Shown one piece after another: positions 17,247 through 24,642 of a DNA stretch of 32,000 nucleotides. Source of the stretch: Candidatus Syntropharchaeum caldarium (GTDB lineage Archaea > Halobacteriota > Syntropharchaeia > Syntropharchaeales > Syntropharchaeaceae). Every line of letters starts with the position of its first letter. The stretch's first letter is position 1. The DNA lies in contig LYOS01000008.1 of the NCBI GenBank assembly GCA_001766815.1, positions 1 through 32,000 of the forward strand, in the 5' to 3' direction. Position numbers and translations under genes: made by a program. The notes under the pieces were generated by a model. The model saw nothing but the letters and a program-made list of their open reading frames with translations. It did not search any database and was not told the origin of the DNA.

Positions 17247-17331
17247 GCTCAAATAGCAGTGCATGGGACAATTGTATCAGCACGATCTCTCCGATAACTT
17301 TATTAATTTTTATGATCATCATTCATTATAG

Positions 17332-17799
17332 ATGAGAGAAAAATATGCTAAAAATACAGGATCTGATGAGATCGATGACTGGGAGCTTTGCGAGCTCATC
17401 TCTTCTTTAAAGAGTAAAAACAGATTCAAACGGTTGAACGCACTTTTTATCATCGAGAACTTAAATGATAAGCGGTTAATTGAGCCATTGATTGAACTCA
17501 CAAAGGAAAATGATCGAGCTACAAAGGAATATGCGCTCTATTTACTTGCAAAGATTGAGAATCACGTTTTATGTGGAGATAAGGTTATAAAAGCCTTCAT
17601 TGATGCTTTGAACGACGAAAACCCCTCTATACGAAGTTATGCTTCGCTGGTGCTCGGTGATTTCGGGGATTATGCTGCTGCAAAACCACTGATTCTGGCA
17701 TTGAAAGATGAGGATGAGGGTGTTCGGGAAGAGGTGATGAATGCTCTATCAAATATCCTGATCAGCATGGGCACGCGCAGGGTGGCTGGAAAAATATGA
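17332..17799 (+). CDS. HEAT-repeat (PBS-lyase-like) protein
   Basis: 155 aa with repeated ~30-aa helical units, e.g. ALNDENPSIRSYASLVLGDFGDYAAAKPLILALKDEDEGVREEVMNALSNI. Confidence 0.6.
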   Translation: MREKYAKNTGSDEIDDWELCELISSLKSKNRFKRLNALFIIENLNDKRLIEPLIELTKENDRATKEYALYLLAKIENHVLCGDKVIKAFIDALNDENPSIRSYASLVLGDFGDYAAAKPLILALKDEDEGVREEVMNALSNILISMGTRRVAGKI

Positions 17800-17801
17800 T
17801 T

Positions 17802-18242
17802 TCAATCTAATGTTTTTGATGTTGTCGTGAGTTTGACGTGTTTAACGCCTTTTAACGACATGATCTCTTCTGTTATCTGTTTGATCTCGCGTATGTTTCC
17901 GCGTGCAAGCAGTATCTCGATGCAGTTGTCATGATCAAGATGTACGTGGAGTGAGGTTCCAAGCAATCCAATTGAGTTGTGCTGGATATCAAGGAGTGTA
18001 TCAGTCAGCCCACGCTGATTGTGGTTGTAGGTGATTGTTATAACCGCAACTTTTTCACCCTCTTCTTCCCCCATCCATTCGTATTCTACGATATAATTTC
18101 TGATCGCATCTCGTATTCCTTCGGATCTCGACGAGTATCCCCTCTTCGTTATTATTTCATCAAAACGATTGAGGAGATTGTCTGGAAGCGAAACACCAAT
18201 ACGCATAAGTTCCTGGTCTATATTAAAACCCCCTTCCTTCAA
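17802..18242 (-). CDS. nikR: Nickel-responsive transcriptional regulator NikR
   Basis: An N-terminal ribbon-helix-helix (RIGVSLPDNLLNRFDEIITKRGYSSRSEGIRDAIRNYI) is followed by a C-terminal metal-binding domain with His-rich blocks (ITYNHN, LHVHLDHDNCIE). The start could also be ATG 18206. Confidence 0.85.
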   Translation of the reverse strand: MKEGGFNIDQELMRIGVSLPDNLLNRFDEIITKRGYSSRSEGIRDAIRNYIVEYEWMGEEEGEKVAVITITYNHNQRGLTDTLLDIQHNSIGLLGTSLHVHLDHDNCIEILLARGNIREIKQITEEIMSLKGVKHVKLTTTSKTLD

Positions 18243-18289
18243 AAATAAAAGAATTAGAAGGAATAACTTCCTTCTTTGCTATCTCCATA

Positions 18290-18808
18290 TCATTCTATTA
18301 CTTTTGCCTTGCCTGAATGTATTACTGAGACGTCACCAACGTGGCATACTGTACAATCCTTGCCCCTTGGTTCGTGGATTTTCACCAGGTTTCCTTCAAC
18401 AGACGTTGTTGCATCTGGGTATCCATGGCAGTTCTCGCAGACCGTATAAGTTCCAACTGGCTGGGGTATGGTTGGTGGTGTACCATGACAGGTCTTACAC
18501 GGGACTATTGATTCCGGATGAAGCCCGTGAACATCCCCTACGGCACCACCCGGATTTTTATGGCACTGTGTACACTTATCTCCACCGTGCTGGTGTGCAT
18601 CCAGGTCTGCTGCGTTCTTGTGGCACATCAGGCAGCTCATTTCAGGCGTCGTTACAGGTGCCTGTGTCACAATCGGTGTTGGTGTTGGCGTGGGTTGTGT
18701 TGCTATCGGCGTGGGAGTAGCTTCCTCTCCTCCTTCCAGACAGCCTGCAACCCCCACAACAACAAGGACCAACGCTAATGTCACAAACAGATATAATTTC
18801 TTAACCAT
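18290..18808 (-). CDS. Pentaheme c-type cytochrome, probable lipoprotein with Thr/Pro-rich stalk
   Basis: Five CxxCH motifs fall within about 115 residues: CLMCH, CTQCH, CKTCH, CENCH, CTVCH. Six additional His are available as distal ligands. The N-terminus is a signal peptide ending in the lipobox-like VAGC, followed by TPTPIATQPTPTPTPIVTQAPVTTP. AGGTGA precedes the ATG. Confidence 0.85.
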   Translation of the reverse strand: MVKKLYLFVTLALVLVVVGVAGCLEGGEEATPTPIATQPTPTPTPIVTQAPVTTPEMSCLMCHKNAADLDAHQHGGDKCTQCHKNPGGAVGDVHGLHPESIVPCKTCHGTPPTIPQPVGTYTVCENCHGYPDATTSVEGNLVKIHEPRGKDCTVCHVGDVSVIHSGKAKVIE

Positions 18809-18957
18809 CTATTTCACCTTCTCTGATAGTTATATAACCGAGCTTTTATCGATCTTTTAGCTAATAAAGCTTTCGATAACGAGCGGTTTCAATCGAATCG
18901 ATACAGGAACGATTTATGATCGATTGCATCATCATTTTGATTATGATCGAGACTCGA

Positions 18958-19028
18958 TGCGCTGACCGGGATTCGAACCCGGGCTGTGGGCTTGGAAGGC
19001 CCAAGTCATGCCTCTAGACCATCAGCGC
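18958..19028 (-). tRNA. tRNA-Gly (anticodon UCC)
   Basis: The minus-strand sequence GCGCTGATGGTCTAGAGGCATGACTTGGGCCTTCCAAGCCCACAGCCCGGGTTCGAATCCCGGTCAGCGC folds by hand as a cloverleaf:
- 7-bp acceptor stem GCGCTGA/TCAGCGC
- anticodon stem TGGGC/GCCCA
- anticodon loop CTTCCAA
- T arm CCGGG-TTCGAAT-CCCGG
No CCA is encoded. Confidence 0.9.
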
Positions 19029-19139
19029 ATATCAGGGTTAAATTTGATCGGTTCAGGATTTATTTAAGTTTTTGTCATCGATGGAGTTCATGCTACCATG
19101 CTGCAAAATCTATTTATGCTGTTGTATCAAGGAAAATCT

Positions 19140-19733
19140 ATGATAAGAGATCTGATAAAGAAGAACAGGAGCTATCGGCGGTTTTATGAAGATGAAACGA
19201 TAGAACCTGAGACGCTTATGGAACTCATCGATCTTGCAAGGCTCTCTGCATCAGCAGCAAATCTGCAACCTCTAAAGTACATCCTTTCTCACGATCCTGC
19301 TACAAATGCGCTGATATTTCCACGTCTTTCATGGGCCGGGTATCTGAAAGGTGCAGGCACACCACCCAGGGGCGAGCGACCGTCCGCGTACATTATTATC
19401 CTCGGTGATACCGAGATAAGCAAGACCTTCTGGTGTGATCACGGAATCGCGGCTCAGAGCATCCTTCTTGGTGCAACCGAGATGGGTCTTGGTGGCTGTA
19501 TGATTGGAGCAATAGATCGTGATGGGCTAAGAAGAGATCTCAATATCCCGTCACGCTACAAGATACTTCTCGCCATCGCGCTTGGCAAGCCAAAGGAAAC
19601 GGTAATAATCGAAACGGTTGGGAAGGATGGTGATATTAAATACTGGCGTGACACAGAGGGTCGCCACCACGTACCAAAGAGGAAACTGGATGAATTGATC
19701 CTGAACCTGTCTTACGATCGATCAGCTTTATAA
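19140..19733 (+). CDS. Nitroreductase-family flavoprotein
   Basis: RSYRRF, the SASAANLQP motif and GLGGCMIG are typical of the nitroreductase fold. I prefer the start at MIRDLIKK (19140) over 19098. Confidence 0.75.
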   Translation: MIRDLIKKNRSYRRFYEDETIEPETLMELIDLARLSASAANLQPLKYILSHDPATNALIFPRLSWAGYLKGAGTPPRGERPSAYIIILGDTEISKTFWCDHGIAAQSILLGATEMGLGGCMIGAIDRDGLRRDLNIPSRYKILLAIALGKPKETVIIETVGKDGDIKYWRDTEGRHHVPKRKLDELILNLSYDRSAL

Positions 19734-19781
19734 TGATCAGGGTCTATTTACAAGCGTGGATGGAGGAATGGGTGAATAAAA

Positions 19782-20432
19782 ATGGCAAAAAGTTTTCTGG
19801 ATCAGCTTGAAGAACTTGAGGACGATGTCATTGAGATGGGCAAGCTCTCGATAGATACGATAACCACAAGTGTAAAATCGCTGGTTGAGCAGGATGTGGA
19901 GCTTGCCAACCGCGTCCTCGAGATGGGGGTTGAGATCAACGCAATGGAGCTCTCAATCGAAAATAAGTGTATGAAACTTCTTGCACTCCAGCAACCACTG
20001 GCAAAGGATCTGAGGATGATTGGAACCTGCTTGAAGATTATAACCGATCTTGATCGGGTATCAGACCTCTCGGCAGATATCGCAGAAATTGCGATAAAAA
20101 CAGCAAATGAGCCGTTCATCAAACCGCTGATTGATATTCCACGTATGGCAGATTTTGTTACTTCGATGCTGAATGATAGCCTGACCGCCTTCAAGGAACG
20201 GGATGCGGAACTTGCAATGACGATGGGTAAGCGGGATGACACGGTTGATGCGCTCTATGATCAGATCCGCCGCGAGCTCATCACGTTCATGATCGAAGAT
20301 CCGAGAAAAATTGCAAACGCATCGCATCTCTCTTTTGTGGCACGATATCTTGAGCGGATCGGTGATCACGCCTGTAATATTGCAGCCAGAGTTGTTTACA
20401 TGGTTACAGGAAAACGGGTTAAAATCGAGTGA
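19782..20432 (+). CDS. phoU: Phosphate-uptake regulator PhoU
   Basis: 216 aa made of two PhoU repeats, with the conserved DLxRIxD/ERIGDH elements (ITDLDRVSDL; ARYLERIGDHACNIA). Confidence 0.85.
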   Translation: MAKSFLDQLEELEDDVIEMGKLSIDTITTSVKSLVEQDVELANRVLEMGVEINAMELSIENKCMKLLALQQPLAKDLRMIGTCLKIITDLDRVSDLSADIAEIAIKTANEPFIKPLIDIPRMADFVTSMLNDSLTAFKERDAELAMTMGKRDDTVDALYDQIRRELITFMIEDPRKIANASHLSFVARYLERIGDHACNIAARVVYMVTGKRVKIE

Positions 20433-20445
20433 CATTATTTAAGGG

Positions 20446-21261
20446 ATGGCGCAGGATTTTAGTTTGATGTTCAAGGATGAATTTCTTAAGCATACACGGG
20501 TTGCTATAACATACCGAGTCGAAAAGCCTGTGATGGATGAACCGATATTTATCGAGGGATTGAGTGGAATAGGTAATGTTGGATTGATCGCCGCAAGCCA
20601 TCTGGTACGAGATGCAGGAATGAAGAAACTTGCAGATGTTTACTCACCGTATTTTATCAATCCAGGTACGCCTATACCCGGTATCATGTACACCGACGGT
20701 GTGGCAGAACTTCCGAAGGACGAAATATATTACGATCTTGAGCGAAATCTAATCATAATTCTTGGGTTCTATCAGGGAAGCACACCAAACTCTTACTACC
20801 GACTTGCAGATAGCATACTCGATCTCTGTGATGACTTTGGGGTAAGGAGGATATTCACACTCGGAGGTTATGGCACAGGACAGTACCTGGAAAACCCTGC
20901 GGTTCACGGAGTTGCAACCAGCAAGGATCTTGTCGATCTCCTGAAAGCACATGGTGTACGTATTGATGAGGGCCAGAAAGGGCCAATCACCGGGATCTCA
21001 GGACTCCTTATTGGGCTTGGGAAGGAACGTGGGTTTGATGGTATATGTCTTCTTGGAGAGACATTTGGGGAGTATCCTGATCCAAAAGCTGCAAAGGCTG
21101 TTCTTGAGGCACTATGCAGTATAATCAATATAGAGGTGGATATGAGCGAGCTTGATAAAGAGGTCGAACTCCTTGAGCGTGAAATCCACAGAAGAGCGAT
21201 GTTGATACGGGATCAGATGGACGAAAAATCACGGAAGGAGGATCTGAGTTATATAGGTTGA
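20446..21261 (+). CDS. PAC2-family (proteasome assembly chaperone-like) protein
   Basis: PIFIEGLSGIGNVGLIAASHLV matches the N-terminal motif of archaeal PAC2/COG1938 proteins. The C-terminus is a coiled-coil-like acidic tail. Confidence 0.65.
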   Translation: MAQDFSLMFKDEFLKHTRVAITYRVEKPVMDEPIFIEGLSGIGNVGLIAASHLVRDAGMKKLADVYSPYFINPGTPIPGIMYTDGVAELPKDEIYYDLERNLIIILGFYQGSTPNSYYRLADSILDLCDDFGVRRIFTLGGYGTGQYLENPAVHGVATSKDLVDLLKAHGVRIDEGQKGPITGISGLLIGLGKERGFDGICLLGETFGEYPDPKAAKAVLEALCSIINIEVDMSELDKEVELLEREIHRRAMLIRDQMDEKSRKEDLSYIG

Positions 21262-21376
21262 GCCATCAGCAATTAAAATGGAGGGGAAATGAAATTTAAC
21301 CCCGAGGAACAATAAAGGTCTGTATGAGGTATTGAGGAAATGATGAAATGCACAGCCACCACGCATACCTGCAGGG

Positions 21377-21440
21377 GTATGCACAAAAATATGAGAAATT
21401 TGTGCATACTGGTCTGGGTATGCACAGGCATTGTGCATAC
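21377..21440. repeat. Two inverted repeats sharing the same arm sequence GTATGCACA/TGTGCATAC
   Basis: IR1 is GTATGCACAAA (21377-21387), an 11-nt spacer, then TTTGTGCATAC (21399-21409). IR2 is GTATGCACA (21418-21426), a 5-nt spacer, then TGTGCATAC (21432-21440). Degenerate copies lie at 21348-21354, 21361-21368 and 21451-21463. Confidence 0.8.
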
Positions 21441-21488
21441 TCTTCAGAAGACGCACAAAAAAATCAAAAGACATACCATTACCCAAAC

Positions 21489-21500
21489 TCTTATATGTAA
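21489..21500 (+). promoter_or_regulatory. Candidate TATA box for tRNA-Cys/cysS transcription
   Basis: TTATATGTAA at 21491-21500 is centred about 30 nt upstream of the mature tRNA 5' end (21528), a plausible distance for an archaeal promoter. Sequence-only inference. Confidence 0.35.
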
Positions 21501-21527
21501 CTATCGTTAATTCTATTATATATGAAT

Positions 21528-21599
21528 GCCGGGGTGACCGAGTGGCATAGGTGCACGGCTGCAGACCGTGATACCTGGGTTCGAATCCCAGCCCCGGCC
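21528..21599 (+). tRNA. tRNA-Cys (anticodon GCA)
   Basis: GCCGGGGTGACCGAGTGGCATAGGTGCACGGCTGCAGACCGTGATACCTGGGTTCGAATCCCAGCCCCGGC(C) folds by hand:
- acceptor stem GCCGGGG/CCCCGGC
- anticodon stem CACGG/CCGTG
- anticodon loop CTGCAGA
- T arm CTGGG-TTCGAAT-CCCAG. Confidence 0.9.
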
Positions 21600-21602
21600 T
21601 TT

Positions 21603-23015
21603 ATGCAGATATACAACACGATGACACAGACTAAAGAGGAATTCAGTCCGATCCATGAAAATCGGGTGAATCTCTTTGTATGTGGTCCAACCGTCTATGA
21701 TCATGCACACATCGGTCATGCACGAACATACATCGCCTTTGACGTTGTTGCAAGGTATTTAAGATTCAAGGGTTTTAGTGTATTCTATCTTCAAAATATC
21801 ACAGATCTGGATGATAAAATACTAAATAGAGCAGAAGAACTTGGAATAGATCCTTTAGAACTTGCAAGAAGGTTTGAAAAGGAGTATCATAAGGATATGG
21901 AGGCGCTTGGGGTAAGGAGTGTGAACTTTCATGCAAGGGCAACAGAACACATCGATGCGATAATAGATCAGATCGGGGTACTGATCGATAAGGGCTTTGC
22001 ATACGTGACCGATAACGGTGTTTACTTCGATGAGTCGAAGTTTGAAGACTTCGGAAAGTTATCACATCAGCGATTGGATGATCTCACCCATCACAGGATC
22101 GAGCCAGACCCTTTGAAACGAAACCCCGGTGACTTTGCACTCTGGAAAAAGCGAGAAGACCCACCTGCATGGGATTCACCATGGGGTAAGGGAAGACCAG
22201 GCTGGCATATCGAGGATACGGCGATCACGTCAGAATATTTTGGAGCGCAGTATGACATACATGGCGGTGCAAAGGATCTGATATTTCCACACCACGAAGC
22301 AGAGATCGCCCAGATGGAATCAGCCTCTGGTAAGAAACCGATGGTCAATTACTGGATGCACACAGGATTTTTGAATGTTAAAGAAGAGAAGATGTCGAAG
22401 TCGCTTGGAAACTTTATAACGATCAGGGAAATGCTCGAACGTTGCAGCCCCGCGGTATTCAGGTTATTTATACTCTCAACACACTACAGAAGTCCTATAG
22501 ATTATAGTGAAGAAGCTCTGGAACAGGCTGCAAGCAGTTTTGAGCGTATCCGCGGGGCGGTTGAGACAGTGCGTCTGCTTATGAGAGAAGTAGAGCAGGG
22601 ATCAACTCACGAGGATTCGGATTTTCGTGCAAAGGTTCTTGATGCCAGAAATAACTTTTTTAGGGCGATGGATGATGATTTCAACACCCCACTTGCGCTC
22701 TCAGTTGTCTTCGATCTTATACGGGATCTGAATCGATATACAATGGAGAATACACTCTCTATCCAGACGCTCGACGTACTGAACCGTTTCTTCACTGAAC
22801 TTGAAACGATATTCGGGTTTGAGTTTGGGGTAAGCAGGGGGGACGAGGAAATGGTTGATAAACTTCTAAATATCGTGATGTGCATAAGAGATGAACACAG
22901 AGCAAAGGGTGAATGGGAAAAATCTGACTGGATACGGGATGAGCTTAAAAATATCGGTGTTATTGTGGAGGACTCTGCCAATAAAAGTAGGTACAGGGTC
23001 ATAAGGAGAAATTAA
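21603..23015 (+). CDS. cysS: Cysteinyl-tRNA synthetase (class I)
   Basis: MQIYNTMTQTKEEFSPI...VCGPTVYDHAHIGHARTY carries the HIGH motif, and KMSKS is present (EKMSKSLGN). The ORF-track start at 21522 reads through the tRNA. The canonical N-terminus begins at ATG 21603, with ATG 21621 as an alternative. Confidence 0.9.
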   Translation: MQIYNTMTQTKEEFSPIHENRVNLFVCGPTVYDHAHIGHARTYIAFDVVARYLRFKGFSVFYLQNITDLDDKILNRAEELGIDPLELARRFEKEYHKDMEALGVRSVNFHARATEHIDAIIDQIGVLIDKGFAYVTDNGVYFDESKFEDFGKLSHQRLDDLTHHRIEPDPLKRNPGDFALWKKREDPPAWDSPWGKGRPGWHIEDTAITSEYFGAQYDIHGGAKDLIFPHHEAEIAQMESASGKKPMVNYWMHTGFLNVKEEKMSKSLGNFITIREMLERCSPAVFRLFILSTHYRSPIDYSEEALEQAASSFERIRGAVETVRLLMREVEQGSTHEDSDFRAKVLDARNNFFRAMDDDFNTPLALSVVFDLIRDLNRYTMENTLSIQTLDVLNRFFTELETIFGFEFGVSRGDEEMVDKLLNIVMCIRDEHRAKGEWEKSDWIRDELKNIGVIVEDSANKSRYRVIRRN

Positions 23016-23016
23016 G

Positions 23017-23886
23017 ATGGATCAGCATATAATTGAGACATTGGGGAAGACAAAGGTCTTTGTAGAGGATGGAAAGGTTGTGAAGGTTGAACACGCAGAG
23101 AAACGACTTGAATACTGCCCTGTGGTTGAGAAAGTATTTGGCATCCAGAACCTCATGGATGATTCCGCCAGGCTTGGGGTTGAGCGGCGTATCGAGCGAT
23201 GGGGGATGTGCACACCAGCGAGGAAGATCAAAGAGACGACCGAGTCCTTCGTGAGCTTTGGGGCATCCGAGATCCTGAGTAATGCGCTTAACGATGGACT
23301 GATTGATGCAGCGGTTACAGTCTGTGATGGTGCGGGCACGGTGATAACCGACCAAGGTGATGTGATGCAGGGAATAGGTGTTGCGATGTCCGGGCTCACC
23401 CTCACCTCACCGATAGTAGAGGTTATAAGAAACCTTGAAGGAGAAGGCGCGATTATTCTTGATCCTGAACGTGCCAGCATCGACCAGGTTGCCGGGTTGG
23501 AGCGTGCATTCAAAGACCACGATTGTGTTGGTGTCACACTCACATCTCCAGACGTTGCAAAGATGTGCAGAGATGTTGAGAAGGCAAATCCTGGTAAGAA
23601 AGCGGTTCTCTTCGGGGTGCACACAACCGGTCTGAGCCGGGATGATGCAAAGGCCTTGATAGATACTGTAGATCTCACAACAGGATGTGCTTCAAGACAT
23701 TTACGTTCTCAGATAGGAGAAATGGCTCTACTTCAGGTTGGACGTTCTGTCCCGATCTTTGCGATCACACAGACGGGCAAGGAGTTGATCTTAAACCGCA
23801 TGAAACACATCACGACACAGCTATTTGTTGAGACAAGAACGCTCCCTGAGTTAAAGGATGAAGATCAACCAAGTCCACTCTTCTAA
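23017..23886 (+). CDS. DUF2099-like protein, candidate methanogenesis marker protein 8
   Basis: 289 aa. The N-terminal pattern HIIETLGKTKVFVEDGKVVKV..EYCP and the central VTVCDGAGTV match my recollection of the Mmp8/DUF2099 family. This is unverified. The start lies 1 nt after the cysS stop. Confidence 0.5.
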   Translation: MDQHIIETLGKTKVFVEDGKVVKVEHAEKRLEYCPVVEKVFGIQNLMDDSARLGVERRIERWGMCTPARKIKETTESFVSFGASEILSNALNDGLIDAAVTVCDGAGTVITDQGDVMQGIGVAMSGLTLTSPIVEVIRNLEGEGAIILDPERASIDQVAGLERAFKDHDCVGVTLTSPDVAKMCRDVEKANPGKKAVLFGVHTTGLSRDDAKALIDTVDLTTGCASRHLRSQIGEMALLQVGRSVPIFAITQTGKELILNRMKHITTQLFVETRTLPELKDEDQPSPLF

Positions 23887-23898
23887 AGGGGACGACTT

Positions 23899-24243
23899 AT
23901 GCCAAGAGAACTGGATGATAAGGATGTTTCGCTCCTGAAACGGCTTGCTCCAGAACTGGACGAGATCGTGTGTGAACACTCAAGGGTGCCGTACAGGTCG
24001 ATACTCCCACCGCTTGCAAATCACTTCGCACGCGATCTTGCTGATTTTGAGAGGCGACTTGGGGGTTTGAACAATGATGAGCTTTCATATCTTGTAGATT
24101 TAGTTATGAGGGGTTTGGAGAGTTTATCGTGCATGAATCCAGATTATGCAGAGGTTTTTCTCAGATTGGTTGAGGATAAGATCTCGAAAGAAACTGCAAA
24201 ACGGGTGACTGCGAGATATATTGAGGGGATATGTGAGTTGTAA
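23899..24243 (+). CDS. Hypothetical small helical protein
   Basis: 114-aa ORF lying 12 nt downstream of the Mmp8-like gene on the same strand. I recognise no family. Confidence 0.45.
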   Translation: MPRELDDKDVSLLKRLAPELDEIVCEHSRVPYRSILPPLANHFARDLADFERRLGGLNNDELSYLVDLVMRGLESLSCMNPDYAEVFLRLVEDKISKETAKRVTARYIEGICEL

Positions 24244-24261
24244 GAAGACTACCCAATGTAT

Positions 24262-24594
24262 CTACCGAGATTCATCTCTTCTTCGCCTGTAATCTGCTAT
24301 TGCAGCGTGAAGCGCATCTGCTGCAAGGTTTGAACAGTGCATCTTGATCGGTGGGAGGCCATCAAGTTCATCAGCAACATCGTTCCTTGTGATCTCTAGC
24401 GCCTCATCAAGGCTCTTATTCTTTGCGAGTTCGGTTATCATCGAGCTTGTCGCAATCGCTGCAGCACACCCAAATGTCTTGAACTTTACATCCTTCAGGC
24501 GATCTCCCTCGACCTTAATGTAGATCGTCATCAGATCTCCGCATGTAGGATTTCCGACCTCACCAATACCGTCTGGATTCTCGATCTCTCCCAT
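24262..24594 (-). CDS. iscU: IscU/NifU-type Fe-S cluster scaffold; the 3' major part of a gene whose 5' end (to 24640) is in another frame
   Basis: GNPTCGDLM, FKTFGCAAAIATSS and MHCSNLAADAL supply the three scaffold Cys motifs. The expected N-terminus MYSQKVMEHFQNPK is encoded from ATG 24640 in a different frame. The two frames join at an A7 run (24596-24602). See findings. Confidence 0.85.
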   Translation of the reverse strand: MGEIENPDGIGEVGNPTCGDLMTIYIKVEGDRLKDVKFKTFGCAAAIATSSMITELAKNKSLDEALEITRNDVADELDGLPPIKMHCSNLAADALHAAIADYRRRRDESR

Positions 24595-24642
24595 ATTTTT
24601 TTGGGTTCTGGAAATGCTCCATCACCTTCTGACTGTACATCT

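Noticed and set aside
18169-18720. 183-aa plus-strand ORF across nikR and the cytochrome gene
   Set aside because: It is antisense to two well-supported genes. The five CxxCH motifs and the signal peptide are on the minus strand.
18958-19140. tRNA-Gly as an integration hotspot or genomic-island boundary
   Set aside because: No integrase, direct repeat of the tRNA 3' end or compositional shift is visible on either side. The flanking genes are ordinary chromosomal genes.
21340-21470. Possible CRISPR array or tandem repeat
   Set aside because: The repeat units are only 9-11 nt, arranged as inverted pairs with irregular 5-nt and 11-nt spacers, and there are no cas genes. This is not CRISPR architecture.
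21229-21486. 85-aa minus-strand ORF in the PAC2/tRNA-Cys intergenic region
   Set aside because: It overlaps the PAC2-like gene's 3' end. Its His/Cys/Ala-rich sequence is generated by the repeated GTATGCACA palindromes, and it has no RBS or recognisable fold. The repeats themselves are reported instead.
23022-23678. 218-aa minus-strand ORF
   Set aside because: It is antisense to the Mmp8-like gene, with low-complexity Ser/Thr/Pro-rich composition. The plus-strand frame has the conserved-looking motifs and operon coupling.
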